From positions 4,128,001-4,192,000 of the forward strand of contig OZ253470.1 of NCBI GenBank assembly GCA_965261735.1: DNA of 64,000 nt, written 5' to 3'. The stretch comes from Alphaproteobacteria bacterium (lineage in GTDB: Bacteria > Pseudomonadota > Alphaproteobacteria > SHVV01). A program made the translations under genes and the position numbers. How positions within the stretch are numbered: the first letter of the stretch is position 1; every line of letters begins with the position of its first letter. Shown piece by piece: positions 37,702-46,750 of this stretch. Below the pieces are notes generated by a model, which saw nothing but the letters and a program-made list of their open reading frames with translations, ran no database searches and was not told the origin of the DNA.

Positions 37702-38193
37702 ATGCGGTACGAACAAAGTGGACGGCCACGATTGAAGTCTTCCGTCAGGACCGGGTGCATGTATGCGCTCGCGGCGGTCCTTGTCGCCGGCTTGGCGAGC
37801 CCGTCCTTTGCCGGCAAGCGCCATCGTCATCATCACGGCCACCACCACGGCTATGCTGCGGCAGCCATGGCCGGTTTCGGCATGTTGAGTTTGATGCTGA
37901 GCCGCCCGAGGGCGGACTATTACCGGTATGGAGGGTGGATGCCCACGAGGATCTATGGTCATCCACCAACAGTCCACGTCGTGCCGCAGGTGCGATATGT
38001 CGTTAGGCCAACACCACCATCGCGAATAGCTCCCGTCCGGCAACGCGCAACACTGCCTCCGGGCTGTCTGATGATCCGTGAATATCAGACGCGGATCATC
38101 ATCGGCGGACGAGAGGTTGAGGCCTACGGCGATGCGTGTATGCAGCCCGATGGATCCTGGAGGCGCGGGCCACCCAAGCTTGTGCCTCACTGA
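37702..38193 (+). CDS. Secreted hypothetical protein with His-rich segment and surface-antigen-like C-terminus
   Basis: Signal peptide, HRHHHGHHH, REYQ..I.IGG....YG.AC.QPDGSW. Confidence 0.7.
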   Translation: MRYEQSGRPRLKSSVRTGCMYALAAVLVAGLASPSFAGKRHRHHHGHHHGYAAAAMAGFGMLSLMLSRPRADYYRYGGWMPTRIYGHPPTVHVVPQVRYVVRPTPPSRIAPVRQRATLPPGCLMIREYQTRIIIGGREVEAYGDACMQPDGSWRRGPPKLVPH

Positions 38194-38211
38194 CCTCTGG
38201 ATAGTCGTGAG

Positions 38212-39017
38212 GGTGCTGTCAACTTAACGAAGGCAGGTCGCAGTTGAACGTCTGAACTGAGCGGCTCAAGCAGCAGCGGTCACGGTCCGCCACGTGTTCA
38301 TCGCGTCACCGCGGAATTGGCGCATTGTCTTGCGAGTGATCAGATGACGTTGGACATTGAAGGTGTTGTAGATGGCGGCGTGGGTGGAGAGAAACCTTTG
38401 CGCCGATCCTGATGACTTGAAGCCCTGCATCCTGCGTTCTCGTTGTCGAACCGGCAGGTGCGAATTCTCCGCCCGATTATTGCTCCGTCCGCCGGTAACG
38501 TGTTTCCCCGTCATGTTGAGATCACGCAATGCTGCCCCGTAAGATGGCAGTTTATCGGTCACCACCTTATTCGGCGCATACCCCTGCTTCTTGAGCAGTT
38601 TGCGCATCAGCTTGAGTGCTGCTTTCTTGTTCCTCCGGGACTGAACCGGGATATCCAGCACCTCACCCTCGCTGTCCACCGCCCGCCATAGATACATCCG
38701 TTTTCCGTTGATGGAGGAAAACACCTCATCAAGGTGCCACCGGTCGTCTGGTCGAGGGCGTGATTGTCTCAGTTTTCGGGCATAGGCCTGCCCAAACTTT
38801 AAAGACCAGCGCCGTATCGTCTCGTAAGAAACATCGACACCACGTTCAGCGAGCAGATCCTCCACATCGCGGTAACTGAGCGGAAACCGGAAACACAGCC
38901 AGACGGCGCGCTGGATTATCTCTGCAGGAAACCGATGTCGGCGGTAGCTGATCTTGTTCATAACAGGAAGCTACTCGCCACCCGCAGCTGACACCAGCCA
39001 GTTACCGTGACAGCACC
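38212..39017 (-). mobile_element. IS6-family insertion sequence
   Basis: Inverted repeats GGTGCTGTCAACTTAAC / GGTGCTGTCACGGTAAC; no target duplication. Confidence 0.9.
38266..38961 (-). CDS. IS6-family transposase
   Basis: RHRFP.EII, WHLDE, YLWRAVD, VTDK, NNRAENSH. Confidence 0.95.
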   Translation of the reverse strand: MNKISYRRHRFPAEIIQRAVWLCFRFPLSYRDVEDLLAERGVDVSYETIRRWSLKFGQAYARKLRQSRPRPDDRWHLDEVFSSINGKRMYLWRAVDSEGEVLDIPVQSRRNKKAALKLMRKLLKKQGYAPNKVVTDKLPSYGAALRDLNMTGKHVTGGRSNNRAENSHLPVRQRERRMQGFKSSGSAQRFLSTHAAIYNTFNVQRHLITRKTMRQFRGDAMNTWRTVTAAA

Positions 39018-39135
39018 GATCGCCGAAGCGGTGCCCGAGGAAGATCCGGCCGAGCTCATCCGTGAAGTGCTGATTCTCGAAAGGGAAATCACAAAGGGAC
39101 TCGAATTACTCTTGGCAGAGGTGGAGGGCCAGTAA
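39018..39135 (+). pseudogene. hsdM: Type I R-M methyltransferase (HsdM) C-terminal remnant cut by IS6
   Basis: EEDPAELIREVLILEREITKGLELLLAEV* is a typical HsdM tail; its stop overlaps the next ATG; hsdS lies downstream. Confidence 0.65.
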
Positions 39136-40955
39136 TGGGCGAGCAATCTGCTTTCACGATCGAATCGAACGACTTGGCGATCGCCCAGATTTTCAAGGAT
39201 TTCTACGCCGTCCCCGACTTCCAGCGCGAATACGTCTGGGAGCGCGAGCACGTCGAGAAGCTCCTCGAGGACGTGCTCGATGAGTTCTATGACGAAGATG
39301 CTCGGCTGATCGAAGGCCCAGAATACTTCCTGGGCAGCATTGTCTCCTGCCGTGACCATGAAGGGATCTTTCATCTCATCGACGGCCAACAACGGATGAC
39401 GACCATCTACCTTGTTCTGTGCGCTGCGCGTGACGCCTTGAGAGATGCCGACGATAAGCCCACGCGGGTCCTCGAGGCGCAAATTTCCTACACCTACTCC
39501 GATCCCAAAACGGGCGAAGACGTAGAGCGACATCGGCTCACCCTTCAGTACGAGGACAGCGATGGCATCTTGGAAAAACTCGTAAAGGCTGACCAACCAG
39601 TCTCAGGCCTTCCTGAAACCACGGAGTCCGTGAGGAAGATACTCGCCGCCTATCGGACGATTCGAGAGTTTTTCTCGGTAAACCTGAGGGACGAACCAGC
39701 CGCGATCAAGAGATTCCTGGTGGCCTTCACCGGCCGCATCAAGCTGATCCGCATCCTCACACCGACGATCACCAACGCCCTGAAGGTGTTCGAGACCATT
39801 AACGATCGTGGAGTGGGCTTGAACGCCGTGGATCTCCTGAAGAACCTCCTCTTCATGAAGACGTCCACCGAGGATTATCCGAAGCTCAAGGATCGTTGGT
39901 AAATCCTGATCGACGTTCTCGATGACTGTGGCGAAAAGCCGCTGCGGTTTCTTCGTTACTACATCATGTCGCACTACGAGATCGACTATAGCCGCAGCAT
40001 TCGCGAAGACGAAATCTACGACTGGTTCGTCAAGAATACGGAGGTCTGCGGCATCGACCATGATCCACTCGGTTTTGCTGAAGCGTTAACCGAGTGCGCA
40101 CGGGCACACGCCAATTTCCTCTCTTCCAAGGACCGCCAGGGCAACGACAACCGATATCTTCGGAACCTCACCCTGCTCGGCGGCGCGCTTCGCCAGCAGC
40201 ACATCCTCCTCCTTGCCGGTCGCCATCTCGCGCCCGATCTCTTCGACCAGCTGTGTCGCACCATCGAGAGCCTTTTCTTCTGTTACATCATCACGCGCGA
40301 ACCGACCAAGACCTTCGAGCGAAATTTCGCCCGATGGTCGGGGGAGTTGCGCAGCTGCGAATACGCGGCCGCCCTTGATGCCTTCCTGAACAAATATCTC
40401 ATAGCGGACCTACGGGGGCGCACCGAACGGTTCGACTTCGCCTTCCGGGAACTCACACAATGGAACATCCAGCAGTACCGCATGCGGTACATCCTGGCGA
40501 AGCTCACCGAGTACATCGAGGAACAGGCATGGGGCAGCCCCACCTACGCCCAACTGGACCGCTACACGGACAAATCGGTCCACGTCGAGCACATACTGCC
40601 GCAGACACCCACTGCGGAGGTTCGGGAGGCATTCGACAAACCGGGCGAGTATGATGACTACCTCAGCCGGCTCGGTAACCTTACGCTGCTGGAGAAGACC
40701 ATCAACAGCTCGGTCTCCAACGGCAGCTATACCGACAAGGGGCCGGGGTATAGGCAGTCCTCTTTCCTGCTTACCAAGTCGCTAGCCGAGAAGCCGCACG
40801 TCGGGACCAACACTCAGCTGAACCGGGCGGTGGCCGATCTGATTCAGTTCGATTGCTGGAACTCGCAGACGATCGTACAGCGCCAGGAAATGCTGACCGC
40901 GCTGGCGCGAAAGGTATGGGACATGCCGTCGGGCACCAAGGAGGCAACGGGATGA
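39135..40955 (+). pseudogene. GmrSD-like DUF262+DUF1524 type IV restriction nuclease with in-frame TAA at 39900
   Basis: VPDFQREYVW, IDGQQR, FETINDRG; HVEHILP...LGNLTLL...N (HNH); both ORF halves are in the same frame. Confidence 0.88.
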
Positions 40956-42250
40956 TTTGGCCCCCAGTGCCCCTTGAGAAGCTCGCGCGTGCTTCTGGCG
41001 GAAGCACACCCAAGCGTAACAACGATTCCTATTGGAATGGCGATGTCCCTTGGGTGACCCCTTCAGACTTGCCAGCACCAGGAGCATCGATCGTCGATGT
41101 GGAGGACACCAAGGACCACATCACACAGGAGGGGCTCAATTCCTGTTCCGCCCTGCTCTTGCCGCCTGAAACGGTGCTCTTCTCCTCCCGCGCGACCATT
41201 GGGAAAATCGGTATTGCCAAGGTTCCTTTAGCGACCAACCAGGGCTTTGCGAATTTCACGCCCAACCTTGGTGTTGAGCCAAAGTATCTTGCATATGCGC
41301 TTCGGTATTTTACGCCACAGATCACCGCACTGGCCGGTTCTACTACCTTCAAGGAAGTGAGCCGGGGCGCGATCCGCAAATTCCAGATCCCTCTCCCGCC
41401 CCCTTCGGAGCAGAAGCGAATCGTCGAAATTCTCGATCAGGCCGATGCGCTCCAGCGTGAATGTGCAGAGGCGGACGCAAAGAAACAGCGTATCCTACCA
41501 GCGCTATTCACGAGAATGTTCGGAGACCCGGCTACCAACCCCATGGGGTGGCCGACCGCACCGATGGGTGATGTTGTTGAGATTGGTACAAAACTTGTTG
41601 ATCCAAACGGGAGTACGTATCTCGATCTGCCGCATATTGGTGGAGAAGAAATCGAAAAGAACACCGGCCGCATCCTTTCTACTAAATTAGTACGCGATAG
41701 CAAACTTCGAAGCAGCAAATTTCATTTCACGCGGGAACATATTCTTTATTCGAAGATTCGTCCTTATCTAAATAAAGTTTCCTATCCCGGTTTCGAAGGA
41801 CTTTGTAGCGCGGACATTTACCCTCTACGTCCAAAAGATAACCACACCACAACATGGTATCTTGTAGCGCTTCTTCGCTCAACGTCCTTCCTCTGCTATG
41901 CAAACTTGCATTCAGAGCGGCTGCGAATGCATAAGTTGAATCGCGAGCAGTTGGGAGCGTTCAAAACACCTTTGCCCGATCCTGAGTTACTGGAGGCTTT
42001 CGAGCAACGGGCACAGTCATTGGCCACATTTGACGTTAGTCGTTTTCACCGAGCTCGTGAAACGAAAACATTGTTCCACGTCATCATTCATCGATCCTTC
42101 TCTGGCGAGCTCACCGCCAAATGGCGCGACAGCCACACCGATGAGCTATTGCGAGAAGCTCAGGAACAAGCGGAGGCGCTGGAGACGGTGTGTGCCGGAA
42201 CCTCGACCGGCCCCCGCCGCGGACGGCCTTTGAAAGCGGTGTCATGTTGA
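40952..42250 (+). CDS. hsdS: Type I R-M specificity subunit
   Basis: GGSTP...YWNGDVPWV, IPLPPPSEQKRIV, FGDPATNPMGW, two target-recognition domains. Confidence 0.93.
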   Translation: MIWPPVPLEKLARASGGSTPKRNNDSYWNGDVPWVTPSDLPAPGASIVDVEDTKDHITQEGLNSCSALLLPPETVLFSSRATIGKIGIAKVPLATNQGFANFTPNLGVEPKYLAYALRYFTPQITALAGSTTFKEVSRGAIRKFQIPLPPPSEQKRIVEILDQADALQRECAEADAKKQRILPALFTRMFGDPATNPMGWPTAPMGDVVEIGTKLVDPNGSTYLDLPHIGGEEIEKNTGRILSTKLVRDSKLRSSKFHFTREHILYSKIRPYLNKVSYPGFEGLCSADIYPLRPKDNHTTTWYLVALLRSTSFLCYANLHSERLRMHKLNREQLGAFKTPLPDPELLEAFEQRAQSLATFDVSRFHRARETKTLFHVIIHRSFSGELTAKWRDSHTDELLREAQEQAEALETVCAGTSTGPRRGRPLKAVSC

Positions 42251-43923
42251 CAGCGATTCGCCTCGGCAATTTCAAGGCATTCGGGGCGACCCAACGGGTG
42301 CCTTTGAAGCCCCTCACTCTAGTCTTTGGCCCCAATAGTGCCGGCAAATCGAGCATTATTCACAGTTTGGCGCTCGCACACGAGGCCCGTCGAAGCGGAA
42401 ATCTCGACGCTTTCCGGACCGACGTCGGCGGCACATCGATCGATCTGGGCGGCTTTCGCCAGTATGTGTTTCGCCGCGACCCTTCCCATCGTGTCGAGTT
42501 GGCGATGGAAATCGATGTCTCCAAGCTCTCTGGACGGTTGGCAGAAATACTGGCGCCCATACGCACCGCAGCAGTGTCGGTCAATTTCGGTTTACCTGTG
42601 GATGATCACGGTTATGCGCCAAGCGACGCATTGACTGAATTAGAGAGTTATAAGGTCGAAGGGGATGGGTCCGATCTACTACGTATGAGCAGGCGCCCAG
42701 GCGGCAATCTCCATCTTGATCGTCTGGCGAACGAACATCCAGTGTTTCGCCAAGTCCTCAAGGCGATCGTCGAGACGGGCACTACCACTTCCGAACTCAG
42801 GAACGAAGACCAAAAGGTCCTTGATGAGACCATCGCCGACCTTATTCCGATGCTAAAGGTCAAAGCCGGGCGTTTTCTCCCAGATGGAATAGAGGGCACT
42901 TCGGAACAGGCCGAGAGTGGGGCCGCCGAAGCCATGCTCTTCCCCGTCGGTCGCGGCAGCAGATCAGAGGATCTGGCCGGTGCAGTTCGCTTCTATTTGC
43001 CGCGCATTCTGAATGAGTTGATCGGTGGGCTGGATCATGAGGTCGGTGAACAGATAGAGCGGCTTCAATATCTAGGGCCGCTTCGCTCGTACCCGCCCCG
43101 CCATCTGGCGTTTTCCGAACACGACGACGCGAACTGGCACGCCGGGGGCGGCTATGCGTGGGACGTGCTCCGGCGAGACTGGATGGTCAGGGAGCAAGTC
43201 AACAAGTGGCTTGGGGCTAATTGGCTCAAGACCAACTACCAACTTGTGCTACGGGAATTTGTCGCGATGGATCAACTTGACAAACCGCTTTCAACTGCAT
43301 TCGAGACCTTTGAAGGCGACGACCAAGTCCTTGACCTTGAGGTAGATTACGATCATTCGAGCGGAGAACCTTCAGGTCAATACCCGGTTATTAAAGACGC
43401 TGACGAAGCAATATCTCGCATCCGAACGTGTATCGAAATGTCCGACATCGACAAATTAGCGGAGTTAATCCTTGTCGATCAAAGCACGGAGACCGTGGTT
43501 AGCCACCGGGACGTCGGCATCGGCATCTCGCAGGTTTTGCCGGTCCTTGTCTCGTGCTACGGCCTTCGCGACCAGATCGTCGCGATCGAGCAGCCGGAGA
43601 TCCATCTGCACCCAGCGCTTCAGGCCGAGCTAGGCGATGTCTTTATTCAGTCGGCGCTCGGCGACAATAACAATGCCTTCGTTCTAGAGACCCATTCCGA
43701 ACATTTGATCCTCAGGATCATGCGCCGAATTCGCGACACCGCCGATGATAGACTCCCTTCCGGTGTTCCTGCCGTCAAGCCCGACGACGTTTCGGTGATT
43801 TTTGTTGAACAAACGAAGGTGGGAGCAATCGTTCGGGTGCTCCAACTCGACACCGACGGCGAGTTTACCGATTCCTGGCCAGGCGGTTTCTTTGAAGAGG
43901 GCTTCAGAGAACGGTTCACTTAA
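42244..43923 (+). CDS. ABC-type/AAA_21 ATPase with DUF3696-like C-terminus
   Basis: NFKAF, Walker A GPNSAGKSS, GIGISQVLP, Walker B IEQPEIHLHP, ETHSE, WPGGFF. Confidence 0.9.
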   Translation: MLTAIRLGNFKAFGATQRVPLKPLTLVFGPNSAGKSSIIHSLALAHEARRSGNLDAFRTDVGGTSIDLGGFRQYVFRRDPSHRVELAMEIDVSKLSGRLAEILAPIRTAAVSVNFGLPVDDHGYAPSDALTELESYKVEGDGSDLLRMSRRPGGNLHLDRLANEHPVFRQVLKAIVETGTTTSELRNEDQKVLDETIADLIPMLKVKAGRFLPDGIEGTSEQAESGAAEAMLFPVGRGSRSEDLAGAVRFYLPRILNELIGGLDHEVGEQIERLQYLGPLRSYPPRHLAFSEHDDANWHAGGGYAWDVLRRDWMVREQVNKWLGANWLKTNYQLVLREFVAMDQLDKPLSTAFETFEGDDQVLDLEVDYDHSSGEPSGQYPVIKDADEAISRIRTCIEMSDIDKLAELILVDQSTETVVSHRDVGIGISQVLPVLVSCYGLRDQIVAIEQPEIHLHPALQAELGDVFIQSALGDNNNAFVLETHSEHLILRIMRRIRDTADDRLPSGVPAVKPDDVSVIFVEQTKVGAIVRVLQLDTDGEFTDSWPGGFFEEGFRERFT

Positions 43924-43925
43924 AG

Positions 43926-44894
43926 GTGTTGGAATTGTTTTACGAATACGCGATCACGCCAGAAGTTTTCGACCCAGCCTTCTTAGCAGAAAACGGGGCG
44001 AACCCTGTGGTTATCACTCAGCTTCTCCGTGGAATTTGCGAAAACGAAATGATCGCCGTCCTGCATAAGAACGGATGGAGCAGAGACATTGCACAACGCA
44101 TTGGTAGTGTGCCTTCACAGAAAAACAGAAACAAGCTCATGACGTTGTTGTCGGGTCTCAAGGACCGAAATCGGTTGGTACGGCACCCAAAAGGACCGAA
44201 CCATCCAAACGACAAATTGGAATGGCTGGTATTAGCTCGCGAAGCTCACAATCGTGCGCCACTTGACGCGCTCATGCTCACCCCTGAATTGCTCAAGATT
44301 AGTGGCATGAATGATGAAATTTTGATTGAAGTTGATAGTGCGTTGGATTCGCGGGCTTGGCTTGCTCGAAAACGATCCGAGACAATCAAACAACGAGAAG
44401 AGGATTATCGAGGCTTGTTTCCGAAAATCCTGCGTCACTCAAAACGGCTTTACCTCATCGACCGCTTCTTCAGGCCCGAACTGCGTCAATGGACTGACAC
44501 GATTAAGATTTGCGACTCATTGATGGGGCAACGTGGCGGAGAACCGCTTCAGGGCATTATCGAGATACACACTGGCGATCCTTCAAAGCGATGTTCGCCT
44601 CAACACGAAGCGGCGGCATGGGAACGTTGGAAGAGAGCGGAGTTCGTTCCAAATTTCCGCCACACGTTGTCAGTCGGGATGTGGAAGAGATGCGACGACG
44701 GCAAACGCGTACATGACCGCTTCCTGATAACGGATCAGGTGGGGTTCTCGATTGCTGGTGGATTGGATTGCCTAAGGCCGCCATTTGGCACTCCGTCCGA
44801 TACGATCTGGACACTGATGGATGAAGAGGAGCGACAGCTTTGGCTGAGCAAGTTTAGGGCGGACACAAGCCCTTACGAGAAAATTGAACCGTAG
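43926..44894 (+). CDS. Hypothetical protein with a C-terminal PLD-like 'HDR' domain (putative nuclease)
   Basis: LYLIDRFF and HDRFLITD..GFSI.GGLD; starts 2 bp after the ATPase stop. Confidence 0.7.
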   Translation: MLELFYEYAITPEVFDPAFLAENGANPVVITQLLRGICENEMIAVLHKNGWSRDIAQRIGSVPSQKNRNKLMTLLSGLKDRNRLVRHPKGPNHPNDKLEWLVLAREAHNRAPLDALMLTPELLKISGMNDEILIEVDSALDSRAWLARKRSETIKQREEDYRGLFPKILRHSKRLYLIDRFFRPELRQWTDTIKICDSLMGQRGGEPLQGIIEIHTGDPSKRCSPQHEAAAWERWKRAEFVPNFRHTLSVGMWKRCDDGKRVHDRFLITDQVGFSIAGGLDCLRPPFGTPSDTIWTLMDEEERQLWLSKFRADTSPYEKIEP

Positions 44895-44911
44895 CAGCGG
44901 TGAGCGAAATG

Positions 44912-44957
44912 TGAGGCGGCCTCGCCTTTTCGGACAGCTTGGCGGCTGAGTTAAGGT
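44912..44957. mobile_element. Possible IS3-family terminal stub
   Basis: TGAGGCGGCCTCGCCTTTTCGGACAG resembles IS3 inverted repeats. Confidence 0.35.
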
Positions 44958-45320
44958 GTGACAACTTACAGCCCAAAAGGGCTATCTACACGAACATATA
45001 CAGCGTTGCTCAATCCTCCTGATAATTACGATGTTACAATAGCTTGGCCTGTCCGCCATCAAAACAAATGGGACTGTTAACCGTGTTTCATAAGGGAGGA
45101 TCTGGCTCATCTTTGTTTGATGTTAAGCCGCTTGGCGTTGATGGCCCAAGCGGTGGTTTTGGGTGGTCAGTTTTTGATCCTTTTTCCCTTTTTGTCAACG
45201 GCGGCGGGAATATGTACCGGGGCGGCGCTGCAAAAATGATGGAGTGGACGCCTCCTCCCGACGGCATCTGCATGTGCCAAGGTGGTGTTGTAGTTCGACC
45301 CCCTGAAGGAGGAGGCATCC

Positions 45321-46343
45321 GTGGAACAGGTTACCATCGTCGGGATTGATTTGGCGAAGCGCAGCTTTCAGCTTCATGGTGCTGGGGCGGACGGCTCTGT
45401 CGTGTTCCGCAGGAAGCTGAGCCGGGAGAGATTGCTGGACTTTCTCGCTTCTCAGCCGCGCTGCGTGGTCGCGATGGAGGCTTGCGCGGGCGCTCACCAA
45501 TGGGGCCGCGAGATCGGAGAGCTCGGCCACGAGGTGAGGTTGCTCCCGCCGGTCTACGTCAAGCCGTTCGTGAAGCGGCATAAGAACGACATGGCGGATG
45601 CAGAGGCGATCTGCGAGGCGGCGCAGCGCCCGACGATGCGCTTCGTGGCGGTGAAGACGAAAGAACAGCAGGCCAGGGGAATGCTGTTCCACACGCGCGA
45701 CCTTCTGGTGCGCCAGCGCACGCAGACGATCAACGCGTTGCGGGGCCACCTGGCGGAGTTTGGCGTTGTCGCGCCGCAGGGACCGGCTCATGTCGATCGG
45801 CTGGCATCGGCCCTCCAGGGTCCAGGTTCAGGGCTGCCAGGATCGGTCCGTGAGCTGGGCGCCCTTCTGCTCGATCGGATCGAGGACCTCGATGCGAAGA
45901 TCGACGGATTGAGGAGGGAGCTCCGCGCCCGCGCGTGTCAGGACGAAGAGGCGGCACGGCTCATGACGATCCCCGGCATTGGGCCGATCACCGCAATGGC
46001 AATCCAGGCCTTCGCACCGCCGATGGAGAGCTTCCGACGCGGCCGCGACTTCGCGGCCTGGCTCGGGCTCGTGCCGCGACAGCACACGACCGGCGGCAAG
46101 CCAAGGCTTGGCAGGATATCGAAGATGGGCCAACGCGATCTGCGGCGGCTGTTGATCACGGGCGCCATGGCTGTGGTCAGCTGGGCGGCTCGGCGTGGCG
46201 CGACGAACGACCCCTGGCTGGCCAGGATGCTGGCCCGCAAGCCGAGAATGCTGGTCGCGGTGGCGCTGGCCAACCGGATGGCACGCATCATCTGGGCGCT
46301 GACAACGAAGAAGGAGAGCTACCGGGCTCCCGCCGCCGCCTGA
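45321..46343 (+). CDS. IS110-family (DEDD) recombinase/transposase
   Basis: GIDLAK, MEAC, KNDMADAEAI, TIPGIGP, AAWLGLVP; GTG after GGAGG. Confidence 0.95.
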   Translation: MEQVTIVGIDLAKRSFQLHGAGADGSVVFRRKLSRERLLDFLASQPRCVVAMEACAGAHQWGREIGELGHEVRLLPPVYVKPFVKRHKNDMADAEAICEAAQRPTMRFVAVKTKEQQARGMLFHTRDLLVRQRTQTINALRGHLAEFGVVAPQGPAHVDRLASALQGPGSGLPGSVRELGALLLDRIEDLDAKIDGLRRELRARACQDEEAARLMTIPGIGPITAMAIQAFAPPMESFRRGRDFAAWLGLVPRQHTTGGKPRLGRISKMGQRDLRRLLITGAMAVVSWAARRGATNDPWLARMLARKPRMLVAVALANRMARIIWALTTKKESYRAPAAA

Positions 46344-46600
46344 GAGGACGGCGAAAGGCGGAGAGCCGTCGGGGATGTGGGCAGGTCGGAGGACAGGTAA
46401 GGGCAAACGGTCAATCGAGACGGGATCGGGAAAACCAGTCGTGGTACACGGAGCTTTCAAGCCCGCAAAAATGATCTTGGACCCGGTCCGCGCATCTCCA
46501 TACAGGCCCGCGGCGTCAAACCAGCCGCATCATGAGGCCGGACAGATGACTGCACCTGACCGCATGTGCCGAACCGTCCGAAGAAAGGCTTGCATCAACG
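46344..46600 (+). ncRNA. Putative bridge RNA / seekRNA in the IS1111 3' non-coding end
   Basis: Contains CGTGGTACA and GCAAAAATG (match the target flanks) and CTCCAT and ACAGATGA (match the circle junction), set in stem-loops; exact boundaries unknown. Confidence 0.8.
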
Positions 46601-46750
46601 GAGGCGTCCACAGATGTACCACGGGCTCGGTGGTAGCTTGTCCGCATAGTCCATGGGAGGGACCCGCGCGCGGGGCGACGCGCCCTCCGCGCGGCTGGCG
46701 GCGGCCCGCGCGTGAGAGGGGCGTGTGGGCCCACGCGGGCAAGCGGGGGG

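Larger units (their letters stand above)
45239..46616 (+). mobile_element. IS110 family, IS1111-group element
   Basis: Subterminal inverted repeats TGGACGCCTCC/GGAGGCGTCCA, short 5' end and long 3' non-coding end, shared ATG at both junctions. Confidence 0.92.

Noticed and set aside
38986-38998. GCTGGTGTCAGCT as the IS6 left inverted repeat
   Set aside because: A better match to the other end lies at 39001-39017.
39900-39902. Stop-codon reassignment or readthrough
   Set aside because: TAA terminates other genes in the window normally; one instance does not support recoding.
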